Shown here: positions 17,435-26,326 of the stretch, in pieces
How the letters are laid out: each line of letters starts with the position of its first letter
Position numbering within the stretch: position 1 is the first letter of the stretch
Assembly: GCA_963777285.1 (NCBI GenBank)
Contig: CAVZPR010000001.1
Coordinates: 589,039 to 653,038, forward strand
DNA: 64,000 nucleotides
From: Candidatus Dormiibacterota bacterium
GTDB taxonomy: Bacteria > Chloroflexota > Dormibacteria > Aeolococcales > Aeolococcaceae
Direction of reading: 5' to 3'
Notes under the pieces: model-generated
What the model was told of the DNA's origin: nothing
Seen by the model: only the letters and a program-made list of their open reading frames with translations
Database searches by the model: none
Made by a program: the position numbers and the translations under genes

Positions 17435-18552
17435 CGGCCCTGACGATCGAGGCGCGCGACGGCGCGGCCCGCACCGGCGTGCTCATGACGCGGCACGGTC
17501 CGTGCCGGGTTCCCGCGTTCATGCCGGTGGGCACGCACGCCACGGTGAAGGCGATGCACCCCGACGAGGTACGCGACTGCGGCGTCGACGTCCTGCTCTG
17601 CAACGCGTATCACCTCGCTCTGCGGCCCGGCGTCGACGTGGTCGAGCGCGCCGGGGGACTGCATCGCTTCATGGGTTGGAGCGGACCGATACTCACGGAC
17701 AGCGGCGGGTACCAGCTCGTCACCCTGGACGGCGCCGCGGCCGTCGATGCGGACGGCGCGACGTTCGTCTCGCCCTATGACGGCTCGCGCATGCGCGTCA
17801 CGCCTGAGGCAGCCGTGAGCCTGCAGACGCATCTTGGCGCCGACGTCCTCATGTGCCTCGATCACCCCGTGGCCTGGGGAACGGCCGATGCGCACGCGGA
17901 GGCGGCGACAGAGCGCACGCATCGCTGGGCTGAGCGGTGCCGGCGCGCGCATCCAGGCGAAGGGCGGCTGCTGTTCGGCATCGTCCAGGGCGGCTTCAAC
18001 CCGAGCACGCGACGTGAGTCGGCGGCACGAGTTGCGGAGCTCGACTTCGACGGCAACGCCGTGGGCGGGTTGTCGGTGGGCGAGCCACTCGAGCTGATGC
18101 TCGACCTGGCCGCGGCCGTCGTCGACGAGCTGCCGCACGACCGGCCGCGCTACTTCATGGGTCTGGGCACCGACTCCGAGCTGCTGGCCATGGTGGCGCT
18201 CGGCATCGACATGTTCGACTGCGTGGTGCCCACCCGGCTGGCCCGCAACGGCACAGCGCTGACCCCGCGCGGCCGCGTCAGCCTGCGCAACGCGGTGTAC
18301 CGCGACGACGCGACACCCATCGACGCCGATTGCTCCTGCCCGGCCTGCGAGCGGTTCTCACGCGCCTATCTGCGTCACCTCTTCCAGGCGCACGAGATCC
18401 TTGCGCATCGCCTGGTCAGCATCCACAACGTCACCCACCTGTCCCGGCTCATGGACGCTGCACGCGTGGCCATCGGCAACGGGACGCTCACGGCACTCCG
18501 CGCCGACGTCGCCGCGCGGTTGGAAGGCCAGGTGCCACCGGACCCCGGCTAA
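17431..18552 (+). CDS. tgt: tRNA-guanine transglycosylase
   Basis: ARTGVL.T.HG...P.FMPVGT, TDSGGYQ, GIVQGG, GLSVGE, C-x-C-x2-C Zn site (CSCPAC), HN. Confidence 0.96.
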   Translation: MTALTIEARDGAARTGVLMTRHGPCRVPAFMPVGTHATVKAMHPDEVRDCGVDVLLCNAYHLALRPGVDVVERAGGLHRFMGWSGPILTDSGGYQLVTLDGAAAVDADGATFVSPYDGSRMRVTPEAAVSLQTHLGADVLMCLDHPVAWGTADAHAEAATERTHRWAERCRRAHPGEGRLLFGIVQGGFNPSTRRESAARVAELDFDGNAVGGLSVGEPLELMLDLAAAVVDELPHDRPRYFMGLGTDSELLAMVALGIDMFDCVVPTRLARNGTALTPRGRVSLRNAVYRDDATPIDADCSCPACERFSRAYLRHLFQAHEILAHRLVSIHNVTHLSRLMDAARVAIGNGTLTALRADVAARLEGQVPPDPG

Positions 18553-18561
18553 ACTGGCGTC

Positions 18562-20205
18562 GTGTTCCGGATCACCGGTTTTCGGCTGGCCATCGTCGGC
18601 CTCGTGGTCTTGGGCGCGCTCTTCGTCGACGGCTTCAGCCTCGTCCCCAACGCCAACATCGCGGGCCGGGCGATCACGGTGCACAAGGGCCTCGACCTGC
18701 AGGGCGGCACCGAGCTGGTCCTCGCCGTCTGCAGGGGGCCGAACGATCCGCCGGGCGCGGACTGCCGCAACGGTCCGCCCAACGGCGCATCGGTGAGCAG
18801 CGCGCAGCAGTCGACGCTGCCGATCATCCAGCAGCGCGTCAACGCGCTGGGTGTGTCCGAAGCGGTGGTGCAGGCGCAGGGAGACGATCAGATCCTGGTG
18901 CAGCTGCCGGGTGTCAGCCTGGACGAGGCCAAGGCGGCGGTGGGCACGACCGCGAAGCTGTATTTCGCGACGCCGGTTGCCGGTGCGCCGCCAACCGCGC
19001 AGCAGCTGGCCCACCCCGACCAGGCGACGCGCAACTTCATCGCCGACCAGCAGAACCACTACAACCCGGCGCAGTTCGGTGACACGCTCTACTACCCCGC
19101 GGACTACCACTGGAAGATCGACAACAACATCGACGCCAGTGACGTGCAGTCGGCCGACGTGGGCACCGACAGCCTCGGCAACATCGCCGTCGACATCACC
19201 TTCAACGGACACGGTGCCTCCGAGTGGGAAAAGATCACCAACGCTGCCTTCGCGGCGTACGAGACCAACACGACCAATCCGCCGCCGCAGGCATTCATCG
19301 CCATCTTCCTGGACAACGACGTGCTCACCGCACCGGTGGTGCAGCAGGGAGGTCAGAGCAACCAGACGCAGATCACCGGCGGATTCAGCACCACCAGCGC
19401 GCAGCAGCTGGCCAACGACATCAACGCAGGCGCGCTGCCCGCCGAGATCGGCACCGTGCAGACCACGGAGGTGAGCGCGACGCTGGGCAGCCAGACGGTG
19501 CAGTCGAGCATCGTCGCCGGCGCGGTGGGGCTGCTGATCGTGATCATCTTCATGATCGGCTACTACCGGTTCCCCGGCCTGCTGGCCACGCTCGCGCTGC
19601 TCATCTACGCGGCGATCGTCTTCGCGCTCTTCATGCTCATCCCGGTCACGCTCAGCCTCGCCGGTCTGGCTGGCTTCGTGCTCAGCGTGGGCATGGCGGT
19701 CGACGCCAACGTGCTCATATTCGAGCGAACGCGCGATGAGCTTCGCCACGGCCGCGGTGTCGCGCTGGCGGTGGAGACCGGATTCCGCCGTGCGTTTCCG
19801 GCCATTCGTGACAGCAACATCTCGACGATCATCGCCTGCCTGGTGCTGTTCGCTTTCGGCACCAGCGTGGTGCGCGGATTCGCACTCACCCTGGGCATCG
19901 GCGTCATCGTGTCGTTCTTCACGGCGATCACCGTCACCCGGTCGCTGTTCGCCTGGGTGCTGCGCTGGCGAATCGGGCGCAACCCGACCCTCTACACGCA
20001 GATCCACGAGGAGTACGAGGAGCGTCCCCCCGGGGACGGTTCGACATCGTGCGCGCGCGCAACTGGTACTTCGCCGGGTCTCTGGCGATCATCATCCCCG
20101 GGATCCTGGCGATCATCGTCTGGGGCTTCAACCTGGGGATCGACTTCCGCGGCGGCAACCGCCTCGACGTGCACCTGGCCAATCCGGCCACGCAGGCGCA
20201 GGTGA
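18562..20205 (+). CDS. secD: Protein translocase subunit SecD; 3' end abnormal and possibly a SecDF fusion
   Basis: LDLQGGTELVL, periplasmic P1 domain, six C-terminal TMs (GIGVIVSFFTAITVTRSLF). After ...HEEYEERPP the frame runs 157 nt into secF as low-complexity S/R/G-rich sequence before its stop. Confidence 0.85.
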   Translation: MFRITGFRLAIVGLVVLGALFVDGFSLVPNANIAGRAITVHKGLDLQGGTELVLAVCRGPNDPPGADCRNGPPNGASVSSAQQSTLPIIQQRVNALGVSEAVVQAQGDDQILVQLPGVSLDEAKAAVGTTAKLYFATPVAGAPPTAQQLAHPDQATRNFIADQQNHYNPAQFGDTLYYPADYHWKIDNNIDASDVQSADVGTDSLGNIAVDITFNGHGASEWEKITNAAFAAYETNTTNPPPQAFIAIFLDNDVLTAPVVQQGGQSNQTQITGGFSTTSAQQLANDINAGALPAEIGTVQTTEVSATLGSQTVQSSIVAGAVGLLIVIIFMIGYYRFPGLLATLALLIYAAIVFALFMLIPVTLSLAGLAGFVLSVGMAVDANVLIFERTRDELRHGRGVALAVETGFRRAFPAIRDSNISTIIACLVLFAFGTSVVRGFALTLGIGVIVSFFTAITVTRSLFAWVLRWRIGRNPTLYTQIHEEYEERPPGDGSTSCARATGTSPGLWRSSSPGSWRSSSGASTWGSTSAAATASTCTWPIRPRRRR

Positions 20206-20996
20206 TCGCGGCGGTGGAATCGGTCGCCGGAGACCTGCGCCCGCAGGTCGAGGCGGAGGCCGGCAACCACTGGGCCATCTCCACGCTTCCCTCCGACGTC
20301 GGCCGCATCGACCAGATCGACGCCGCGCTGCAGAAGCCGCCGCTCGGCATCGCCACCAAGAACGGTCAACCAGACGTGCAGGTGCAGCAGGTGGGGCCGA
20401 CGATCGCCGCCAACCTCGTGTCCACCGCGATCATCCTCATCCTGGTCAGCGCGGCTCTGATCGCGATCTATCTCGCGTTCGCGTTCCGACGGCAGCGCAG
20501 CATCTCGCCGTGGCGCTTCTCCGCGTGCACCTTCTTGAAGTTGCTGCACGACGTGTTCGTGCTGGCCGGGATCTGGGCGATCCTGGGCCACTTCAGCGAC
20601 CTGGGGCAGGTCGACGAGCTCTTCGTCACCGCGGTGCTGACCTCGGTCGCGTTCTCCATCCACGACACGATCGTGGTGTTCGACCGCGTGCGCGAGAACC
20701 TGCGCGTGGGGCCGCGTCTCACCTTCGACCAGGTGATCAACCTCTCGACGGTGCAGACCATGACGCGCTCGCTGAACACGTCGCTCACCGTCATCTTCGT
20801 GCTGCTGGCGCTGGTGATCTTCGGCGGCGTCACCATCCGCGGCTTCGTGCTCGCCCTGCTGATCGGCATCGCCACCGGCACCTACAGCTCGATCTTCAAC
20901 GCGTCGACGCTGCTCGTCGCCTGGCAGAAGGCCCGCGGCGAGACGCAACACCCGTCGAAGTCGGGCCCGCGTCGCGTGCAGGTGAGAACGGCGTAG
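20049..20996 (+). CDS. secF: Protein translocase subunit SecF
   Basis: RARNWYFAGSLAII...GFNLGIDFRGG ... FDRVRENL ... TGTYSSIFNASTLL. The conserved FDIV lead-in lies upstream of the GTG at 20049 in the same frame. Confidence 0.9.
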   Translation: MRARNWYFAGSLAIIIPGILAIIVWGFNLGIDFRGGNRLDVHLANPATQAQVIAAVESVAGDLRPQVEAEAGNHWAISTLPSDVGRIDQIDAALQKPPLGIATKNGQPDVQVQQVGPTIAANLVSTAIILILVSAALIAIYLAFAFRRQRSISPWRFSACTFLKLLHDVFVLAGIWAILGHFSDLGQVDELFVTAVLTSVAFSIHDTIVVFDRVRENLRVGPRLTFDQVINLSTVQTMTRSLNTSLTVIFVLLALVIFGGVTIRGFVLALLIGIATGTYSSIFNASTLLVAWQKARGETQHPSKSGPRRVQVRTA

Positions 20997-21042
20997 GTTT
21001 CTCCCGCCAGGGAGGATGCGCGGTGTCGTCGGTGGCATGAAC

Positions 21043-21160
21043 GGAGGAGGTGAGGCCCCGAAGGGGGCGTCTCGGAGCCGCGGTGGTCCCCGCGGCGCGA
21101 GCCGAAGGCGAGACCGCGAAGCGGTCGAGACGTGTCCCCCAGAGGGGCCTCACCTCCTCC
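21043..21160 (+). repeat. 118-nt structured hairpin element in the rimP-nusA leader (copy A)
   Basis: 17-bp closing stem GGAGGAGGTGAGGCCCC (21043-21059) / GGGGCCTCACCTCCTCC (21144-21160). Internal hairpins GCCGCGG-TGGTCC-CCGCGGC, GACCGC-GAA-GCGGTC and CCCC-CAGA-GGGG. About 80% identical to the reverse complement of 22679-22774. Confidence 0.75.
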
Positions 21161-21212
21161 GTCGGGCCACACGCCGAGCGCTCCTCCTCCGGACGATACC
21201 GACCCCGTGCAT

Positions 21213-21680
21213 ATGAACAGCGACACGCCGCCTGACTTCGACGCCCTGCTGCGACCGGCGCTGAGCCATCTGGGTGTCGAGCTGCTCGACGTGCAGTGGT
21301 CGGGCAGGGGCAAGGGCGCGGTGCTGCGGCTGACGATCGATCGCGAGGGAGGCGTGACGCTCGACGACTGCGAGCGTGCCTCCAACACGGCGTCGGCGGT
21401 GCTCGACGCCTACGACCCGATACAGAGCGCGTACCGGCTCGAAGTGTCGTCCCCCGGGGCGGAGCGTCCGCTGCGCTCACTGCCGGAGTGGCGGGCGGCG
21501 CTGGGGAGGCGGGTCAACGTGCGCGCCGGCGGACCGGACGGCGAGGTGGTCGTCGAGGGTCGCCTGATCGCCGTGAGCGAGCTTGCGGTGGAGCTCGAGG
21601 TGCGCGACCGGCGCACCGCCCGCGTCCGCTCGGTGCCCCTGGCAGACGTTCTCGCGGCGCGCATCGTGGTCGACATCTGA
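21213..21680 (+). CDS. rimP: Ribosome maturation factor RimP
   Basis: ATG 21213. LLRPALSHLGVELLDVQWSGRGKGAVLRLTIDREGGVTLDDCE ... YRLEVSSPGAERPL. Confidence 0.9.
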   Translation: MNSDTPPDFDALLRPALSHLGVELLDVQWSGRGKGAVLRLTIDREGGVTLDDCERASNTASAVLDAYDPIQSAYRLEVSSPGAERPLRSLPEWRAALGRRVNVRAGGPDGEVVVEGRLIAVSELAVELEVRDRRTARVRSVPLADVLAARIVVDI

Positions 21681-22643
21681 TGAGCGCGGACGCGGACGCC
21701 GAGCCGCTGGCGGCGCTGCACGACGCCGCCCTCGAGACGCACCTCGACGCCGCCGAGATCGCCCGCGCGGTGGAGGCGGCGGTCGCGACCACGTACCGCC
21801 GCCTGGTGGACGACGACCCCGCGATCCGCGCTCGGGTGGACCTCGCCAGCGGCCGCTGGGCCGTGTACCGCACCGGCGAGACCGGGGAGGAGCAGGTCAC
21901 CGTGGCCCTCGCCGACTTTCCCCGGCAGGCGGCCGCGGCGGCGCGGCAGGCGGTGGCGGAGCGGCTCTCGGTCGCGACCAACCGCCGGGTCCTCGCCGAG
22001 GCCGCCGAGCACCACGGCCAGCTGATCGACGCCATCGTGGAGCGCCCGGCCGGCCGCTCCTGGTACGTCGACGCGGCCGGCGTCCCCGGCTACCTGCCCC
22101 CGGAGGAGCAGATCCCGGGCGAGCGGCTGCAGCGCCGGCAGCATCTGAAAGTGGTCGTGCTCGAAGGCCGCCGCCGGGTGCACGACGCGGTGGTCGTAGT
22201 GTCGCGGACCCATCCCATCCTGCTGCAGCGCCTGCTGGAGCAGGAGGTGCCCGAGCTGCATGAGCGGGCAAGTGGTGATCCGCGGCATCGCCCGCGAGCC
22301 GGGGCGCCGCACCAAGGTCGCGGTCGAGGCGCCAGCCGAGGACATCGACCCCCAGGGCGCGTGCATCGGCCCGCGGGGCGTGCGCCAGCGGGCGGTGACC
22401 TCCGAGCTCGGCGAGGAGCAGGTGCAGATCATCGCCTGGTCCGCCGACCCGGCCACGCTCGTGGCGAACTCCCTGAGCCCCGCCTCGGTCGTCGCCGTCA
22501 CGCTCGACGACGTGACCGGCACCGCCCGCGTCCAGGTGCCGGCCGATCAGCTCTCGCTCGCCATCGGCCGCGCCGGCGAGAACGCCAGGCTGGCAGCTCG
22601 CCTGAGCGGCTGGCGGATCGACATCCACGCCGCGCCGGAGTGA
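21680..22643 (+). CDS. nusA: Transcription termination/antitermination factor NusA; reading frame broken (one extra nt near 22265)
   Basis: NTD+S1 in the frame of ORF 21296..22789 up to ...LLEQEVPELHE. KH1-KH2 follow in ORF 22260..22643 (GQVVIRGIAREPGRRTKVAV ... ACIGPRGVR ... LSLAIGRAGENARLAARLSGWRIDI). Total length 964 nt is not a multiple of 3. Confidence 0.85.
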
Positions 22644-22659
22644 GCGAAGCGCTTGATCT

Positions 22660-22793
22660 TCAGTCACAAGGCGGCCGGACACCCCTTCCGGGGACAGGTC
22701 TCGACGGCTTGGCCGTCTCGCCTTCCGCCTCGCCGCCGGGGCCGCGGCGGCTGCGACACGCCCCGTGCGGAGTGCCGGCCGCCTCGTGACTGA
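22660..22793 (-). repeat. 134-nt structured hairpin element (copy B, inverted relative to copy A)
   Basis: 19-bp closing stem TCAGTCACAAGGCGGCCGG (22660-22678) / CCGGCCGCCTCGTGACTGA (22775-22793) with 1 mismatch. The interior reverse-complement aligns to 21060-21143. Its right arm covers the ylxR start region. Confidence 0.75.
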
Positions 22794-23106
22794 GGATTCG
22801 AAGCCGAGCCACCCGCAGCGCACGTGCGTGGGATGCCGGCGCATCCGCCCCAAGGGCGAGCTGCTCAGGCTGGCGGTCGAGGCCGGCGGCGGTCGCGTTA
22901 CGATTGACGTGAGCGGCCGGCTTCCTGGTCGCGGCGCGTACGTGTGCCGGGACACGCCGGCCGAGTGCTTGCGTCAAGCGTTGCGGAAGCGTCAGGTTTC
23001 ACGCCCGCTCCGCGTGGGCCATGATGTAATCGACAACTCCGCGCTGGGCGTCCAGCTCAGCCGGCTGCACGAGGAGACGCCCCCATCGCCACCGTCAAGA
23101 AGCTGA
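22786..23106 (+). CDS. ylxR: YlxR/RnpM (DUF448) RNA-binding protein
   Basis: RTCVGCRRIRPKGELLRL ... GRGAYVC. Start is GTG 22786 or GTG 22765. Canonical position between nusA and infB. Confidence 0.85.
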   Translation: MTEDSKPSHPQRTCVGCRRIRPKGELLRLAVEAGGGRVTIDVSGRLPGRGAYVCRDTPAECLRQALRKRQVSRPLRVGHDVIDNSALGVQLSRLHEETPPSPPSRS

Positions 23107-24887
23107 CGCTGCCCGCCACGCTCACCGTCGCTGAGCTGGCCGAGCGCGTCGGCGTGTCCGCGCCGCAGGTCATCAAGTACCTGATGGCCAACGGCGTCAT
23201 GGCCGCGCAGAACCAGCCCGTCGACTTCGAGACGGCGGCACTGGTCGCCGACGAGTTCGGCTTCGAGGCCGAGAGCGAGGATGCGGCTGCCGCTGCCGCA
23301 GCGGCGCAGGCGCCCGGCGCCGACGGGGCACGCCGGCGCCACCCGCTCCTCGATCTGAGCAGCGAGGACCCGGCGGCGCTCGTGTCCCGGCCGCCGGTGG
23401 CGGCGGTGCTGGGCCACGTCGACCACGGCAAGACGTCGCTCCTCGACCGCATCCGCGAGACGCGGGTCGCCGCGGGCGAGGCCGGGGGCATCACCCAGAC
23501 GATCGGTGCCTACCAGGTGGACCGCAGCGGCCGGCCGATCACGTTCATCGACACCCCGGGCCACGAGGCCTTCACCGCGATGCGTGCGCGCGGCGCAGAC
23601 GTCACCGACGTCGCGATACTCGTCGTCGCCGCAGACGACGGGGTCATGCCGCAGACGGACGAGGCGTTGCAGCACGCGCGCAGCGCCGGGGTGCCGATCG
23701 TGGTGGCGGTGAACAAGGTGGACAAGGACGGGGCCAATCCCGACCGCGTCCTGCAACAGCTGGCCGACCGCGGCCTCGTGGCCGAGCAGTTCGGCGGCGA
23801 CACCCCGGTGGTGCGCACCAGCGCCAAGACGGGGGAGGGGATCGACGACCTGCTCAAGACACTGCTCGCGACGTCCGAGGTCTACGTCGACCCCAAAGCC
23901 AACCCCAAGCGCCCAGCCGTGGGCACGGTGATCGACTCGCACCTCGAGCGTGGCCGCGGCGCGATCGCCACGGTGCTGGTGCAGAACGGCACGCTGCGCG
24001 TCGGCGACATCGTCGTCGCGGGGCCGGTGTTCGGCAAGGTCCGGGCGCTCGTCGACGACACCGGCAAGCGCGTCAGCGAGGCCGGACCGAGCACGCCGTC
24101 GGTGCTGATCGGACTGCCCGACATCGTGTCGGCGGGCGAGGTCTTCCAGGTCGTGGACACGGAGCGTGCGGCGCGCGGCCTCGCGGAGCAGCGCGCCCTC
24201 GCCGAGCGGCAGCGCGCCGAGCAGCCGGTGCGGCGCATCACCCTGGCCGACCTCGCCTCGCAGGTCACCGAGGGCAAGACCAAGGCACTCAACCTGGTTC
24301 TCAAGGCGGAAGCGAACGGCTCCCTCGAGGCGCTGCGCGGCCAGATCACGAAGATCGAGGACCCCAGCGTCAAGATCAAGATCGTCGGCGAGGGGGTCGG
24401 GGCGGTGAGCGAGTCCGACGTGAACCTGGCGGCGGTGACGGACGCGATCGTCATCGGCTTCAACGTGCGCCCCGACGACCGGGCGCGTGCCGCCGCCGAA
24501 GACCAGGGCGTCGACGTGCGCTTCTATGAGGTCGTGTACCAGGCGACCGACGACATCGACAAGGCCATCAAGGGGATGTACGAGCCCACGATGGTGGAGA
24601 TCTTCCAGGGTCGCGCCGAGGTGCGCCGTGTGTACACGGTCGACGGCCGCCCGGCGATCGCGGGGTCGCACGTCGTCGACGGACGGATCATCCGCAACGC
24701 CGTGTGTCGCGTGCTGCGCGACGGCAGGGAGATCGCGCGCAGCCGGATCGCGGACCTCAAGCGTTTCAAGGACGACGTCCGCGAGGTGGCGCACGGATAC
24801 GACTGCGGCATCACGCTCGCCGACTTCAGCGAGTTCCAGGAAGGAGACATCCTCGAGGCTTATTCCGTCGAGCAGCAGAACGCCTGA
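23085..24887 (+). CDS. infB: Translation initiation factor IF-2 (short form); start codon uncertain and non-canonical
   Basis: G-domain [28 protein letters not shown]-terminal domains complete. The IF2_N helix [22 protein letters not shown] begins upstream of the first canonical start (GTG 23154). ATC 23085 sits 9 nt after GAGGAG. Confidence 0.9.
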   Translation: MATVKKLTLPATLTVAELAERVGVSAPQVIKYLMANGVMAAQNQPVDFETAALVADEFGFEAESEDAAAAAAAAQAPGADGARRRHPLLDLSSEDPAALVSRPPVAAVLGHVDHGKTSLLDRIRETRVAAGEAGGITQTIGAYQVDRSGRPITFIDTPGHEAFTAMRARGADVTDVAILVVAADDGVMPQTDEALQHARSAGVPIVVAVNKVDKDGANPDRVLQQLADRGLVAEQFGGDTPVVRTSAKTGEGIDDLLKTLLATSEVYVDPKANPKRPAVGTVIDSHLERGRGAIATVLVQNGTLRVGDIVVAGPVFGKVRALVDDTGKRVSEAGPSTPSVLIGLPDIVSAGEVFQVVDTERAARGLAEQRALAERQRAEQPVRRITLADLASQVTEGKTKALNLVLKAEANGSLEALRGQITKIEDPSVKIKIVGEGVGAVSESDVNLAAVTDAIVIGFNVRPDDRARAAAEDQGVDVRFYEVVYQATDDIDKAIKGMYEPTMVEIFQGRAEVRRVYTVDGRPAIAGSHVVDGRIIRNAVCRVLRDGREIARSRIADLKRFKDDVREVAHGYDCGITLADFSEFQEGDILEAYSVEQQNA

Positions 24888-24905
24888 GCACCGACTTGAT
24901 CTTGC

Positions 24906-25334
24906 ATGCCCCACAGACCACGCGCGACCGCACTTCCCGACGCGCTGCGCCCGCAGCGAAGCCCGCGCCGCGAGCGGGTGGCCGAGCTGCTGCGCGAGGA
25001 GATATCGCACCTGATGATGCGTGACATGAAGGACCCACGCGTTCGTCTCGCGTCGGTCAGCGACGTGCGCGTGTCGCCGGACCTGCGCGAGGCGCGAGTC
25101 ATGATCAGCGCGCTCGGCGACGACGCGCAGCGGCGCGATGTCGTGACCGCGATGCGCCATGCGGAGGGCTTCGTGCGGGCTGAGCTCGGTGACCGCCTGG
25201 AGAGCCTTCGCAGCGTGCCGCACCTGCGCTTCGAGCTCGACGAATCGATCGAGTACAGCGTGCGTGTCAGCTCGCTGCTGCGCGATCTTGGAGAAGGCCC
25301 CGGCGCAGCAAGCACCGTGGGCGGCACGGAATGA
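24906..25334 (+). CDS. rbfA: Ribosome-binding factor A
   Basis: RVAELLREEISHLMMRDMKDPRV..ASVSDVRVSPDLREARV. Confidence 0.92.
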   Translation: MPHRPRATALPDALRPQRSPRRERVAELLREEISHLMMRDMKDPRVRLASVSDVRVSPDLREARVMISALGDDAQRRDVVTAMRHAEGFVRAELGDRLESLRSVPHLRFELDESIEYSVRVSSLLRDLGEGPGAASTVGGTE

Positions 25335-26326
25335 GCGTCGCCGTCGTGGACTGGCCCCGCCTCGAAGATGTCTTCGAGGACATTCAGCGTGTCATCCTCG
25401 ACGCGGACGACATCGCGTGCCTGGCGCACAAGGACGCCGACGCGGACAGCCTCGGATCCGCGCTCGGCTTCGCCATCGCCGTTCGTGGATTGGGCAAGCG
25501 CGTGCAGGCGATGGCGCCGGCGCCGGTGCCGCGGCTGCTGGACTATCTGCCCGGATTCGACACGCTGGTCGACAACGCGGGAGACGCGCAGGCGCTGTTC
25601 ACCTTCGACTGCGCCACGCTCAACCGCTTCGGCGAGAAGCAGGCACTGGTGGAGCGCACGCCTGTCGTCGTCAACGTGGACCACCACGTGAGCAACGAGG
25701 GCTTCGGCACCATCAACCTGGTGGAGCCGACGGCCAGCGCCACGGGCGAGGTCGTGTTCCGCCTGCTGCGTGCCCTGGGAGCGCCCATCAACGCCGACGT
25801 GGCCACCAACTTGTACGCGGCGCTGTTCACGGACACCGGCGGGTTCCGTCACGAGAACACCACCGAGGCAGTCCTGCGCCTCGGCGCGGACCTGGTCGCG
25901 CTGGGCGCGAACCCTGGCTGGGTGGCGCTGAAGAGCTACAAGTCGAAGTCGGTGTCGCGGACCAGGCTGGAGGGCATGGCGATCGCGCGCATGCACACGG
26001 AGCTCGAGGGACGGCTGGTGTGGTCCGAGATCACGCAGGCGATGCTCACCGAGGCGGGCGCCCGCATGGAGGAGTCGGAGGGCGTCATCGACCAGCTGCA
26101 GAGCATCGACACCATGCGCATCGCGGTGCTGCTCAAGGAGAACGGAACCGGCAGCACCAAGGTCAGCGTTCGCTCCCGCGATCCATACGACGCGACCGAC
26201 GTCTGCAGCCCATTCGGCGGCGGCGGCCACCACCGCGCGGCCGGCGCCGAGATCAGCGCGCCGCTGGCGGTGACGCGCGAGCGCGTGCTGGAGGTCGCTC
26301 GCAACCTGCTCAACCGGCATCAGTGA
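25331..26326 (+). CDS. nrnA: DHH/DHHA1 phosphoesterase (NrnA-like oligoribonuclease/pAp phosphatase)
   Basis: HKDADADSLGSALG, NVDHHVSN, DTGGFRHENT, GGGGHHRAAGA. Confidence 0.88.
   Translation: MSVAVVDWPRLEDVFEDIQRVILDADDIACLAHKDADADSLGSALGFAIAVRGLGKRVQAMAPAPVPRLLDYLPGFDTLVDNAGDAQALFTFDCATLNRFGEKQALVERTPVVVNVDHHVSNEGFGTINLVEPTASATGEVVFRLLRALGAPINADVATNLYAALFTDTGGFRHENTTEAVLRLGADLVALGANPGWVALKSYKSKSVSRTRLEGMAIARMHTELEGRLVWSEITQAMLTEAGARMEESEGVIDQLQSIDTMRIAVLLKENGTGSTKVSVRSRDPYDATDVCSPFGGGGHHRAAGAEISAPLAVTRERVLEVARNLLNRHQ

Noticed and set aside
21132-21212. N-terminal extension of rimP from the ORF-track start at 21132 (MSPRGASPPPSGHTPSAPPPDD...).
   Set aside because: The extension is low-complexity, overlaps the right arm of the hairpin element, and is not part of RimP homology. 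ATG 21213 gives a canonical RimP N-terminus.
22260-22643. Interpreting the nusA KH half as an independent gene (ATG 22260 preceded by AGGAGG), that is a natural two-gene NusA.
   Set aside because: The AGGAGG is just the conserved QEV codons, and the spacing is long (12 nt). The N-terminal half would acquire a 175-aa nonsense tail. A single-base indel is the simpler explanation pending read evidence.
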